The notes under the pieces were generated by a model. The model did not search any database, was not told where the DNA came from, and worked only from the letters and a program-made list of their open reading frames with translations. Source: Phoronis australis (Eukaryota > Animalia > Phoronida). From it: DNA of 64,000 nucleotides. Positions 23,889 to 36,668 of this stretch are shown here, in pieces; within the stretch, counting starts at the first letter, position 1, and the number at the start of each line of letters is the position of its first letter. The stretch lies in NCBI GenBank assembly GCA_002633005.1, contig NMRA01000001.1, positions 2,335,795 through 2,399,794 of the forward strand. Reading direction: 5' to 3'. The position numbers and the translations under genes were made by a program.

Positions 23889-24992
23889 ATGGATAAGGCG
23901 TTGTCGTTTCGCTACTATGGCTCAAGTCCTCGTTCTGTTCGTTTTGAAAAAATTGATTCTTTTCGTATTCAGTGGACACAAGGACCGTTGTCATTAATTA
24001 ACTATAAAGCTAAAAATCCGGAAGACATTGACAAGGAGCAACAAAAAGCGCGGGAAAGACAAGTTATAAATGCTCTAGAATACAACCGTTGGGCGAGAAA
24101 ATCTCCAGTCGGTAAGGGAAGGAAGCAGTTGCATACCCCTAAAGAATTACCGCGGAAACTTCTGGAAAGTAAGTCTGTGGGGTGTGTGGTAGAGATGTGT
24201 AGTCCGGCGATGGAACCAACGGTGACAAGAATTGTTCCATCAAGATTATCGACGACAAATGGTCGAGTAAGCCGCAAGTCAGGTGTACTATCGCCGGACA
24301 AAACCTTCCGGAAACCAGTACAGAATACGGGAAAAGACGATGAATTTGGATGTGATGATCGATCTGACATTGATGTTTCAACTGATGATTCGAATTCTAC
24401 GACAGCCGACCAAAGATCTGTGGATGTGGTGAACGAAAAATTAGAACTACCTTCTACCATTCTACGCACAATGGGGAGTTGTGACACTACTGTTATTGAA
24501 ATGAACAAAGTCAGTGATATCCCGGATGGTAAATGTTTGACACCAAAGTTTGATAACAACGGGCGTCCCTGGTCATCGTCGTCAGAAGATTCCACAACGC
24601 CAGATCTTAAAGTCGAGAACAGGAAGGCTAAACCGAAAGCGTCTACTCTCCCTCGCTTTGAATTTTTAGGAAAATCAGTAGTTAGTCATAAACAAAATTA
24701 TCAACATCCATCCAATCAAGTCCACCTCCAAGGAACCAAGTTTTCCACGACACTGAGTCCAAATACAAGCCCACGACACGACGCGGGCATTAAACCGTCT
24801 GACATATGTGAATTGAAATTGCCACAAGTTTTGTTGGAAACCCCGCGGCACGATACAGTTATATTGACGCAAGAAGATAAGAATTATTTGAAATTGACGA
24901 CGCCTCTGCCGCTCACGCCAAAAACTAAAAAAGTCGACTCCAACGCATCCTGGTGGAAGCACAAAACAACAATTCACGACAAATATCGTTGA
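23889..24992 (+). CDS. Uncharacterised 367-aa protein with single coding exon; structured-looking N-terminal ~75 aa, then Ser/Thr/Pro/Asp-rich disordered region
   Basis: 1104-nt ORF in AT-rich DNA with good Kozak context (accATGG), AATAAA at ~25050 and ~25085, and upstream donor-like sites (~23486 gtaagt). No family recognised. Confidence 0.72.
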   Translation: MDKALSFRYYGSSPRSVRFEKIDSFRIQWTQGPLSLINYKAKNPEDIDKEQQKARERQVINALEYNRWARKSPVGKGRKQLHTPKELPRKLLESKSVGCVVEMCSPAMEPTVTRIVPSRLSTTNGRVSRKSGVLSPDKTFRKPVQNTGKDDEFGCDDRSDIDVSTDDSNSTTADQRSVDVVNEKLELPSTILRTMGSCDTTVIEMNKVSDIPDGKCLTPKFDNNGRPWSSSSEDSTTPDLKVENRKAKPKASTLPRFEFLGKSVVSHKQNYQHPSNQVHLQGTKFSTTLSPNTSPRHDAGIKPSDICELKLPQVLLETPRHDTVILTQEDKNYLKLTTPLPLTPKTKKVDSNASWWKHKTTIHDKYR

Positions 24993-25895
24993 TTCATTAG
25001 TTTATTGGAATCTTTCATAATTTATATGGTCACCTATGTGATGCAAATTAATAAATATGGACAGTTAATGTACAATTAGTTACATAATAAATGCTGGTAT
25101 ATAAAAACTTAATAGGTGTTTTCGTCGAGACCGAGCGACTTGTGGAAGGTACGTTGTCATCTCAAATGACCGAGAGTGGCGAGCGTTTGCTCAATTCTTT
25201 TCAGTGTTGAAACCATAGACAGATAAGGCCAAAGAAAAAAAATCTCAAGTCAGAATTAAATGAATTTTACCCCAGAAGAATTAACAGTCCCGGCCAAAAG
25301 AACACTCATCGGAACTTGTCTCTAAGGTTGTCCAAAGATGACATTAAAAACACATTACGCTAACAGGATTTGAACGCAAGTGGGCGCGAAAGCGTGCAGT
25401 TTTCCCCAGAGTGTCCTCGGCGCAGCAAAGCCTTGATGGCGCTTTCACGGATTTAAGTGAGCTCGTCCCTATCCATGGTCACCTTCATGGAGCTTGGCTG
25501 AACGTGCAGGATGAGGTAATTGCGGTAGTAAACCAACACGCCTGTTTCAGCATACGAGTTTCAAAGTAAAAAAAACGATCAATAAGTAAGACAAACGACC
25601 ATCATGACGTTTTGAAATTGAAAAGTAAATAGTACCCGTCTTTGAATTTTTAAAGTCGATGCATTATAAGAGAAATTAGAGGACTTTTCTCCAGCATCGC
25701 TGTCCAACACTCGCTAAGGCGTTGGGGTAACAAAGCCCCAAATGCAGGCGTAGGAGTTGTGTCATGATTTTTTTATATTTTCGTTTTTTATAAAAAATCA
25801 CCTCTTACCACCTGACTGGGACCTCCATATGCCATAGTCAAATGTTAGGAACGCTAACCTCGAAATAATATAAGTCTTAGTGGTGCTCTCCGCAA

Positions 25896-26151
25896 GGCCC
25901 GGTTTTATCTAAGGTCGTTCCCCTGGTCTTTGCTAAGACGGTCCTATCGTGAATTGTTACTAGAAAACGATCAACTAATGTAGTTCATGAGGGTGAGTGA
26001 TGAACTTGAATGTCACGTAGGACAACGTTTACAAGATTGAACCTCGTACGTTTTCTCTTACAAAAAAAGGTAGGATCGCCTTCGGAATACGTACCCTCGA
26101 TCCTCCTAGCTACGACCGGACTACCTTAAGCCTAATTTGATAAAACAGGAC
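25896..26151. mobile_element. Short MITE, PIF/Harbinger-like ends
   Basis: ggcccggttttatc ... gataaaacaggacc inverted ends. A related terminus gttaaaacaggccct occurs at ~10726-10740. Confidence 0.4.
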
Positions 26152-27699
26152 CACGAGCACATTTTTTTAGCATTGGTCGTAAACTCAGTAGTATCTACAG
26201 ATGATCGCAAGCACGTGACAACGAGCCCGACTGACACTCTGGCTCACATCCTCATAGTCCACTGTGATCCAGTAAACCTCTGACATTCCGATTTTTCGTA
26301 TGCTACAAATTGGCGTGTGTAACCAGGTGTTCCGACACGACTTTAGTCGAGACATCGCACACAAGTCGTAGCCATATACGACAACGGAAACGTTTAGACA
26401 AGTCCGAAAGCAATTTACGAATTGAGTCGTATACAAACAATGTGGTGTGTAGACGATTCAACCGTCTTAGCCAACACCGGGCGTACAAATATTAACGGAA
26501 CATACCCTAGAAATATTTAATAGCGGTATTGCAAGACAGCGCTCTATATGGGTGATAATAAATATCATCATGGCGAGCAGCTCCATACTACTGCTCAATA
26601 AAACACCAAATTCGAAAATATCCATTTTCTACCCCCAAACAGACAGATCATCAGCGACAGCGGCGACACAAAAACAAACTAGTTCGGAGTGTTCTGTACA
26701 TTTCTGGATATAATTTTTTAAGCATTGAAATTATTTGTATTTGAATTTGTAACACCATAAGAAAACAAGAACACAATTTTTGTTGATCTACGGCACACGC
26801 AGACTCTGCGGCGCCTGCAGTCACGTGACGGTCTATTGATTAGCTTACGAATCATTCCGCCTGAATTCCTACCGCATGCGCAAGTTTCGAATCCCCTCTG
26901 CTATGTAAGAGTTTAGTTGCCAGTGAGGCATTATACACAGTCCCAAATAAGGATTTAACCGAATTTCCTGAATCTTCTACTTATCTGTATTTTTGTTGTA
27001 CTCACAATTTTATGTTTTCCTGTCACTTTATATTCATTATGAGCCCCATTTTTACTTTGTTTCTAGTAATTGCTCTGAAAATTGAGCCCCTATTTCAATG
27101 AAAATAAGTAAGAACTTAGTCTTTGAATTAGGGATGTTGCAAGAAAACGTGCCTATTTATTTTCAATAATGTTGAGACTTAAACTCAGATGTTACTGTTG
27201 GTGTGTATCAAAACTGAGTATTGGCATAGTTATGAAGGCGTAATAGCACCAGAGATTTCAATCAGTACTTGCATAAGCCTACAAATGCGGTAAAAAGTTA
27301 ATTTATAGTCGAGTTCCTAGTTGGGAGTGTTCCATGTAACTGGCTACTGATCATTAAAACATGTGAGAACGGGTAAGTTTGGCAGCGAGGTTTTACTTCA
27401 ACCGCGTATTTTTGGAAAGAAAAAAGTTATTATTGAAAACTGTTCAAAGGGTAGCCGACACTTACTAACTTTTTAAAAGTAGTCTATAGTCCCGCACGTT
27501 TGCCTACTTCACACACTTCTGAGTTTGAGAAGCATCGAAATGTTGAAAAGTTTCCTTTCCTTCAGAGTTGTAAAAATCAGCTGTAGGATTAAAAGAGTCT
27601 CGTTAGTCTATTAGTTACGTAGCTTTTGTTGTATATGTGTAAGTGGATGGTTAATATAAGGCTGAGGATGCTAATTTTTGTCTGAAACGAGGCTGGGTC

Positions 27700-28120
27700 A
27701 ACGAGAGGGATTCGTACAGACTCACAACTTTCAAGCGCTAACCTACAAGTTATTTGGTGTTTGCAAATCCAGTGAATGTAACCAGTTGAGATGATGCTTA
27801 GAAAGAAAACGATATCACAGATAACAGATGGTTTATTGTTTAGGCTTTTCAAAACGATTTCAATTTCTAGGTAGTGTTGCGAGTCACAGGCCGACACGAA
27901 TCAAACAGTTTGAGTGAGACGATGCGTGGATGAAACAACCCCCATTATTGGAAAAATCTGACACACAGAGGATGAAGAACTCAGACCTCCTATCAGAACC
28001 ATTCACACAAATGCATTTCAACTGATACACTTGATCGTACAACTCAATTCTACCAAACGATGACTGCGTTGTTGACCTATCATGGGATCATGTGGCAAAT
28101 TGCCTACATATCCCATACTT
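27700..28120 (+). mobile_element. Possible degraded CR1/L2-type LINE 3' fragment
   Basis: Broken frames give VVLRVTGRHESNSLSETM, W..L..R and PIRTIHTNAFQLIH, resembling the C-terminal tail of CR1/L2 ORF2. Heavily decayed. Confidence 0.3.
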
Positions 28121-28237
28121 TGATAATTCTAGCTTGTTTCAAACACATTTTAATTAAAATTACTGTAATACAATCCGAAATTTATTAAATAATAATATTT
28201 TGTGACAACAGAAGACATGGAAGAGTGTCCAATAAGT

Positions 28238-28423
28238 AGTTAAATCATAGATAGTCTATGGTTAAATAGAAATTCAATCCAAGTTAAATCATAGATAGTC
28301 TATGGTTAAATAGAAATTCAATCCAAGTTAAATCATAGATAGTCTATGGTTAAATAGAAATTCAATCCAAGTTAAATCATAGATAGTCTATGGTTAAATA
28401 GAAATTCAATCCAAGTTAAATCA
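28238..28423. repeat. 44-bp minisatellite, ~4.2 identical copies
   Basis: Unit aagttaaatcatagatagtctatggttaaatagaaattcaatcc starts at 28237/8, 28281, 28325, 28369 and (partial) 28413. Confidence 0.95.
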
Positions 28424-29216
28424 AAGTTTATGATGTACTCAAACACTGTCTACATTTTACAACATGCGGTCATCTATAACAATGAAATCGATACTAGTGA
28501 CAGCAAAAACCGACAACATGCTTCATTTTTGGAGTTTTAAATTAAATGCAAGCCGGAAAGCAATCGTTTTTATATTCAGGTTAAGTAGCACCCTAGCAAA
28601 ATGTCCAAATTTGGTTAACTTTGGAACTTCATATTTCAGAAATGGCTGATCCAATTTTTATGAAACTTTCAGAAACTTACGCATTGTTCTCCAAACTCCA
28701 AAGTACTGTTAGGAATTATTTTAACATGTTCCACTTTTGCATGAGGGGCCTTTCAAAATAAGATAGTTATGATTTTTTTCATGAAATATTCTTAAGTTGA
28801 TTAAAACGAAAGATTTTGGAAAGTTCAGCGTTTTTGACATCTCATCTTGAACATTTACATGAAATAAAATTTGGTCGTGTTATTGATACCGTTGTTTTGG
28901 ATTCAATGTATCTTGCTTTTTGCAAAATTTTACAAAATAAACTTGGCAACGTGACCGAATCAATAATAGGTTGGTAAACTGTCAGAAATCAAATTGCTCA
29001 GGCTTTCTACGTTTCCAAAATGTATACTTTTACCGAATTAAAATCTACAGCTTTGTAAATATTTGGCAAAACGCGCAGACTTTTTAATGAGGTCCTATGT
29101 AACCTAGAGGCTGCTGCTTAGGCGGGTCAGAGCGAGGTACAATAAGAATGAAGCAATGGCTAAGCAAAAAATTACACCTATTAGAACCAATCCAAACACA
29201 ATACAGTCATAGAAAC

Positions 29217-29447
29217 CATGCGCGCGCGCACCCAGCCTTAAATGGCAAGGCTCGAATTTTTGAGAATGTGGACCTTTTACTAAGATTCACGGAGTACGTC
29301 CAGAGCTATGAATTGTGCATTCGCTGAATTTGGGTATTCCTGCCTTTCTAATGGACTTTTGTCTCGTTTTCTACTTTTTTCTCGGAGGCAGACCTTTTTG
29401 CCCAGGGGCTCCTTCGAACTCCCCGAACCTCCCTGGGTGCGCGCATG
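29217..29447. mobile_element. hAT5-like MITE, family 2
   Basis: CATGCGCGCG..CACCCAG ... CTGGGTGCGCGCATG; flanks gaaac/gagac (4 of 5 match). Sister copy at 51007-51224. Confidence 0.75.
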
Positions 29448-29520
29448 GAGACAAAAACAATTGTTAAAATGTAATAGTCATATTACGTAAACATCGCTCA
29501 AAATAGCTTCACCAGACGTT

Positions 29521-32500
29521 TTAGTAACAGGAATTGGTGCTGCACACTCGCTCTTCGTGATTGGTGCCTGGGCAAGCGGCACCTCCATACAAAGGCGTAG
29601 GATTATCGCAATTCCGAAACCGTTCCTGTTCTCCTCCGCCACAGCTGACGCTACACTGATTCCAGCTTGTCCACTTGGACCAACTTCCGTCCACTTAAAC
29701 AAAAATGATAGCTGAATACAAATGCTGACGTTCCTGTTTTCCTTTAAAACATTGATCTCTGAACTGCATCAAAATATTTTAGCATTTGAAACAACCAACG
29801 AAAAAAATCACCGGTTGATGGAGTGTACCGCTAGGAAGACAAAATAAAACCCCTTTCTAATTGAGAGTTAACCATTGATATTAAAGGGACTCAATTATTG
29901 GGAGCTTCTGTGGAAATGTCTCCTTTTTGCAAATACCTTAAGTTTACACGCTGTGATCATTTTGTGATAATTTCCCACGAATACATATACATGCCTTGTT
30001 GATTTCTTCTCACAAACTATGACGTTCCTAGAAATTAACAGATTTTTCTCGGTTATCCTTATCTCTCGACTCCCGGCCATTTTCATTTTTGTTTTTACCA
30101 GAGGCGTCCAGATGGACTTGCGGAGAACTGTGGGTTCAACTACAACAACCCTTTTATATGATAGTCGGCTATTCAGTGCCTAGTGTATTTTTCGAATGAC
30201 TCGTGGCGTGCATCGTTTGAAAAACTGATATAGGGTAGATAGTTTCTCATAAAAGCTTTTTTGTCACTATATTTGGAATATCAAAGTTTCAAGGCATGGC
30301 ACAAACAAGTGGAGGTGTATAGTAAAACACATGGAGGAGGAATTTGTCAGATTATCTGTGTGTATGCCTATTTGCACAGAACTAGAACTAGCGTCTAGTA
30401 ATTGTATTGCAGGTAAATCATACACTGGCATTAGCAACCAATATTTAATCCGTAGCGAATGACGCTACTTTTGGCCTCTGCAGTTAAGTTGTGGAGTGGT
30501 CGTATGCGTTAGCTTTGAAGCGGCCGAATCCACGATAAAGCGTTATTCCATCATGGTAACGTACGCAACAAGTTATCACTTTTGTGTAATTCGTATGTAC
30601 GCCATTAAAAATCAGTGAACTGAAACCATTTCGCCTCGGCAATGTTTTCACTAGCTCCTGGTTTACGTCTCTCGAGACCGGTTTAAGTAAATGACGATTA
30701 TTTGAGTGTGATTCGTTTAATCGTTTGTAACACAAGGTAAGGTGATTGTCAGTCATATGCACTAGTATTCGACTTTCCAACGCCAGCGAAATTTTACTAT
30801 TGTGCTGAGGGCTGCAACTCCGACGGCAGAAAGTTGGATAAACCCGAGAAGTATCCATGGCTGCAGTATTTTCCGACATGGAATCAGCCCGACATTTCTA
30901 AAACGAGGACAATGTAACAGCGCGTTTTCCATACAAAGGAAATTTCTGTCCTTGGCCGTCCTATTGTATATTTATGCGTCGTCAATCAATCAGATAAACG
31001 GACCATGGTCATGACGACGGTACAACCCAACGCAACATTGGATTTGAGAATGACAGCTGACAAGAGGAGCCGAAACGTTCACAGGAACGTTAATTTTCAA
31101 AACCATTTTCTGTTTACTCAACGTAAATTATTTACCAAAAGTTGAGTTACTACGTTTTCTGCAGTCCCGAGCTTTTTAGTCAACATTTTTCGCGAGAAAT
31201 CTTAGCTACGATACCATCAATTTCAAAAGATAATTCTACAACTAATCACAGTTTTTGATGATGAGAACTCGGGATTTTGAACGTCTCTTATTTAGGCATC
31301 GTGGTTTGCCTCTGGCAGAAAAATAAAAACACATAGGAGGTTAAGATCACGTTTCTTTCCAATAACTAATGCAATTCTTGTAGCAAAATGAATGATTATT
31401 TTGCTTAAATATCTTACCTCCACAAACGTCCCATGCTCCATTAGACGACGAAATATTAATTTGATGGCCTGTCACGCATCCAAATGCTTGATTAGACACT
31501 GAAAGATTTGTAAAGTAAAGCGCCTATAAAGCCGCGTTCTGTAGACGAAACTAACTTGATGCTAAAAAATTGCTCTGAGCCCGTTCCAAGAAACTGACTT
31601 AGATTCGTTTTTGGCTTAAGTCAAAATTTGTCTCAACTTCCAAACTTTGAAGCTTCTGCATCCGCTAAGTTAGTCAAAATTAAGACATAACTTAAGTCAA
31701 AAACTTAACTCGAACTTATGATCTCTTTCTTGAACGGGCTTGAGACAACTTTAAGTAGCCGGAAATTTAAGATTTGTCTTAGCTGAGTCAGTTTTCTCGG
31801 AACGGGCCCCAGAATTCTGATCCTGCAAAGAACTAACAGTTCGTTAAAGCTCGAGACCGTGCTCGGCGAATAAAATGGCGTCATGACAAGTCAAGTTGTA
31901 GAGCTTGATTTTTCCCAAGACCACAAGTCACATCTATTTTGCCAAAGGTACAACTTGAGACCAATCTTTAATGGTAAGTGATATCAATCGAAAGTTTTTT
32001 TGTGACGGAACGCGGGTTCATAGTCAATTTAATTTGAAGACAATCGACAACGTGTGGACGTAGTGTAACAAATTAGAAAGACCATTATTTTGATGTCCAG
32101 GAGAGAGACACTTCACGACATCCTGTCACGATCGAGCTTTGCACGGGCACGTGCTTGGTGTACTTAAAATGACTCCCATGGCTATAAGCGTCCCTTGACA
32201 CGCCTTCTGTCATAAAAAATGTTTAAGACGACTTGTAGTTATGAAATTGGTCTCCAGTTGTGTAGGCCTAATCATTATAAGCCGGGTGCTGTCTAAGGGT
32301 ATAACGAAATGTCACTTCGTTGCGATAAGAACAAGTAGAGACTAGTATTTTTGCTAAGCGGGTTGAATCAAAAGTTTCCTTCATTGACGGAATGCAGGTA
32401 TGTAGTCACTTCAACAATCTTATAGAAGTAGGAAACATAACCGTCTCGTTTTGTCTACGTCATCATTATATTTAGTTGAATGCAACACACAGACAGGCGC

Positions 32501-33488
32501 ACTCGATTTCTCACTGGCCAGAAAAATAGACGATTAACGCTCTCCACTATGCGTAACTGGAAGACAATTAAGTATTCCGATGGTGGAAAATAAATATGTC
32601 CTCAGACAGTGAAACATTGGAAATGCTCAAACGCGAAAAATGGTGGTCACGGTCCCCTTTAAAGATGCACTTCTTGGAGATGCTACCGTGACAAATAATT
32701 CACTTTCAATATTGCAAGAACTTGGAGAAAAAATCGTCAGATTCACTATCTTTGAAACACAGATGAAATATAAAATATTTCATCCTAATGCAGTTTTCAA
32801 ATACCGCCCCTAATAATATATGTGCGCATGCGCTCAAAGAAGTCAGCTGCTTCTTGAAATCGCTAGTTTTGTTTACATCAATGGTCACATTTTCCATATA
32901 GGGGAAATGTGCTACGTCTATGTTTTACCATGCTAAAAAGGAGACGTGCTTTGCCTTGTGGGAGAAAAACGAAGTGACGAACAGTGGCCAGATTGTTTCT
33001 TTTTGAAATTTGAAACTAAAGAAAAAGTGCTTTGACATCAACAGAAATTCTAAATCTTTACAAACAAATCGTAAAAATACCTCCTGGTGAACAATTTGAC
33101 TGCCGTTTCAGTGGCAGAGAACTTCTTCGAATAATGCAATTTAGTTTATTTTCCAAGTTCTATGCCACTTTAAATAAATATATCTACCTGTAATCTGCAA
33201 CCATCCTTCACGAGTTTGAATAGGGCTTGTGCACCAAATATGTGCAACGTAACAACGCTTATTCACAGCATCATAGTTTGCGCCAACACATCTGCATCGT
33301 TCTTGAGAGCACATGCTGACGCAGACTCCAAGCGAGGGTGCGTACGCGCCTTCCAGTTGATCGCCCCATGCCTTCTTGAAGCCTGTCGTCAGGGTAACCC
33401 AGCCGTCCCACTGTGTACTCGAAGAGGAACGTGAAAATATAACAATTGCGGACCATAAAATGACTGTTATGAGCCAGTTTGTTGACAT
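29521..33488 (-). CDS. Secreted PAN/Apple + thrombospondin type-1 (TSP1) domain protein, ~157 aa; coding exons 33488-33188 and 29693-29521
   Basis: Exon A: signal peptide MSTNWLITVILWSAIVIFSRSSS, then PAN pattern SLGVCVSMCSQERCRCVGANYDAVNKRCYV, ending ITG|gtagat (phase 1). Exon B: gtttaag|(V)DGSWSKWTSWNQCSVSCGGGEQERFRNCDNPTPLYGGAACPGTNHEERVCSTNSCY* (phase 1), a canonical WxxWxxWxxCSxxCGxG TSP1 absent from the ORF track. An intervening exon cannot be excluded. Confidence 0.85.
31577..31809. mobile_element. Harbinger/Tourist-like MITE
   Basis: gagcccgttccaagaaactgact ... agtcagttttctcggaacgggcc inverted ends with an internally palindromic AT-rich body. Confidence 0.6.
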
Positions 33489-34982
33489 GATGCAGTGTCG
33501 TCCAGCAATCCCCACTTCGCCTTGCTGTATAGCATAGGTGACGATAAAAGACCTATTGGTTCATCTGAATGAGAAACAGATATTTGTCGAATCAACTTTT
33601 ATAGGACAAATTCTCCAGAGAAATATATAGGACATAACAGATAAATGAAATGTTCACGATAGGCGTTGTTATATCATTCATTCATCAAGCTAAAACCAAA
33701 GCGACAATAACATTCCAGCTATTATTTAGGGGTCTTTGATCGCTTGTTCGTCAACCCGCAATGAAATCCACTGAAATATTAATGCATCAATTAATATCGG
33801 GCAAAGTGGTCGTCTATAAACTTCACTGCTATACAACTTCGAGCACTGATTTGCATAAAGAGCCTCTCCGTGAGAGAGCATGGGAATATGCCGTACCTCT
33901 TTCATGGGTGTACCCATCGCACCTCATGGTTACGGAGGCGTTATTATTGCTTTTTATTAATTTAAAGCAGGACGTTTGCATATAAACGTTAAAACAGCAT
34001 TTTGTTGGGTTCTCAAGAGCCAGTAATGTTAATGTTTGAATCTTTGCGAAATTCATTATCACGCATTCCATGACACAAAACATCTAAGTACTTATGATAC
34101 ACAGGCCAACGTGAGGTTCTTGATTTCAGCATACACAAGCATCATACAATCAAAGTTTCTGAATTCTATTTGGCAGCGATGAAAGTATGCTCTTTTGACC
34201 AGGGGAGAAACTATTCAGTTCTTGATGGATTAGGGGGGAGGGGAGGTCAGATGTAATTTATCCACTTTCCTAAAATTCTTTGAAACCTTGAGTGTCCAGA
34301 TTAGGCGAGGAAATACAAGCAGATGCGTTTGATTTGTCGGTAATGTTACCTTTTCTGAAGAGTTTTTGGGCACGCATCAATTACTACTGAACATTTCAGT
34401 CGATTTCTAAAACTATTCAGACAGCCTGTGCGTTATTAGCTAAAATTAACATTAAACCTGCCTCTTGGTTCATGTACTAAATTCGGTGTGTAGATAACGT
34501 TTTACTTTCAAGTTGCCTTTTCATGAACGGCAATATATCATGATTGTTTGTTCTCCCGCGTTAGCAATCATATTATAAAGTTCTTGACAGAACACGTTTG
34601 CTTACAAATGATAACATGATGTATTTTGTAATTTTATATGTATGTTGTACCGTTTTTCCCAAACGCACAACGTTAAACTGTAATAGGATATGAAAAATAC
34701 AACAGTTTTCTAATGTATAAAAACTGTTCTTCACTTGAAATATACTGCGGAAAGTTTTTACTGTCGCTTGCAATATTTTTGTAAAAATACGTCACGGTAG
34801 TTATTACACCATAAAGAATGACTAACAAATACTCATTCGTAAATTTTTATGTACGTGATTGTTCACGACAGAACAAGACTGCTGTTTTGGTTACTGGAGG
34901 TGTATGGCCTCACACAAATACTTGGGATGATAACAAATAAAAAAAGATATCCTGAAGAGGACGAATGAGAGACTAAAACTGT

Positions 34983-36668
34983 ATGCAGCACGAGAGTTTT
35001 CGAGATCCACTAACAGACATCATCCCGAATGAGGATGAGTACGAGTCGGGAGACGATCATTTCCACATTGTATCCACAAAAGACGAATTAACTCTGTCTG
35101 CATATTCTGAGGATGCCGAAAAACGGTCAAAACAAAACAAAAATTCAAGTAACAGCAGAGCACATTGCTTGAGTGCTAGTCGAGAGCTACAAAGAGACAT
35201 CATCCCGCATGAGGATGAGATGGTGTCCAAGAGTTACGACTTGCCCTATTCAGGTTGGCCTGATGACGACAAAAAACAGGTACAAAACAGATCCATGCCT
35301 AACATCAATACAAATTGCTCGAGTGGTCGTCAAGAGCCACAAAGAAATACTGACCCCGACGAAATAAAGTTGAGAGGGAATTTTTACGAGGTAAAGGCCA
35401 AAAGTAACGATTCACCTCCTCCTGATTGCTTTGGTGATGTCGAAAAAGGGATATTACAGAACAGGGCAACTTGTATGATTATCAACCGAGAACCACATAG
35501 AGAAATTATCCTGTTGAGAGGCAATGACCACGATATCAAGAGTAACGAATCACCTCTACCTGGAAGTTCTGATGCTGGCAAAAAATGAACAAAACAAAAG
35601 CGGTCTTTCCATAACAACCGTGTACATTGTTTGAACGTTTGTGAAGAGTCACGTAGAGTCACTACACCGCGGGATGTCGATTGTTTGGGATGTCACGAAT
35701 ACGAAGGCGTAGCCAAGGGTAACGAGTTATCACCGCCTGCATGCTCTGGAGATTACAAAGGAAGTGAAAATGATAGCAATCCGAACTCCGTGAGGAACCT
35801 GAGCTCGATTACAGATGTTGTTCTACAAATGTTCCCGGAAAAAGTTACAGAAACACGATTCGTGCCAGTACCTGGAATGAGCGAGGACACAGATGGCTTA
35901 GACAGGCAAGGCGATGTCCAAAAGCTATCAGTTTTTCAGAGATTAATTCGTAAAGTGAAATCAGTATTTTCTATGAAAAAGCGTAGTAGAAACAACAGAA
36001 GTTGGTCTGTATACGAAACTGCTTTTTCCTTTCCAACTTTCAAGTCGTCACCGCTTCTCGATCTGCCAGACTTTGCTATTAACGTTGGTGAGACTGTTGT
36101 TCACGACCCCATGAGTTACAATTACGTTTATCGTGACGGAAATCCCGTCGTCATTGACCGAGGAAATTATGGCTGTATGTTTCTAGTTGAGCGACAGCAG
36201 ATGTTTTACGCCCTCAAAGTATTTTGCAAAGAATCGTCATCTTTATATGAGGTCAGTAGAGAGGTTAAAGTGTTCCAGTTTGTCAATGGGAAAGGAATCG
36301 GGCCTCAACTTCGAGGGTTTTCCCCGTTGGAGGAAAACACGATTCACTATTCGTGGGGAATTTTATTTGACTTTGCAGGAAACAATAGCCGCAGCGGGAA
36401 GACACTCCGTGAACTTCTTAGCGAATACAACAAGGAAACGTCTGGGTTTACTCCACTGAGGGATCAAGACTGGCTTGACATCTTGATCACGATATGTGAA
36501 CAAATTAATGCTCTCAACAGAGCAGGCGTAGTGCTGAGAGCCGTGAATCCGGATAGCATTGCAGTGATCAAAGTTAATGGTTTGTACAAGGCGCAGTTTT
36601 TGGATTTTCGAGACGCAAAGTTGTTCGGAGGACAATCCTTGTACAACTTACTACGGCGACTTTATTAA
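34983..36668 (+). pseudogene. Intronless protein-kinase-fold (pseudokinase) reading frame with N-terminal degenerate repeats; disrupted
   Basis: ORFs 34983-35588 and 35631-36668 are in the same frame, separated only by TGA at 35586-35588. Kinase motifs: IDRGNYGCMF (Gly loop), YALK, REVKVF (alphaC Glu), LRAVNPDSI (in place of HRDLKPxN), FLDFR (in place of DFG). The frame closes ~20 aa after DFR, before the C-lobe. AATAAA at ~37180. Confidence 0.7.

Noticed and set aside
24002-24977. Antisense ORFs of 197, 80 and 100 aa
   Set aside because: Shadows of the 367-aa plus-strand ORF, with no independent signals.
28238-28423. CRISPR-like array (repeat with internal palindrome)
   Set aside because: Units are contiguous and identical with no unique spacers; there are no cas genes and the context is eukaryotic.
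30484-30897. 131-aa minus ORF / extra exon inside the PAN-TSP1 intron
   Set aside because: The nearby acceptor hits a stop in the required phase 1, and no domain is recognisable.
35586-35588. Selenocysteine or programmed readthrough at the in-frame TGA
   Set aside because: The TGA aligns with Arg, not Cys, in the sister repeat. I recognised no SECIS, and the frame is also broken downstream.
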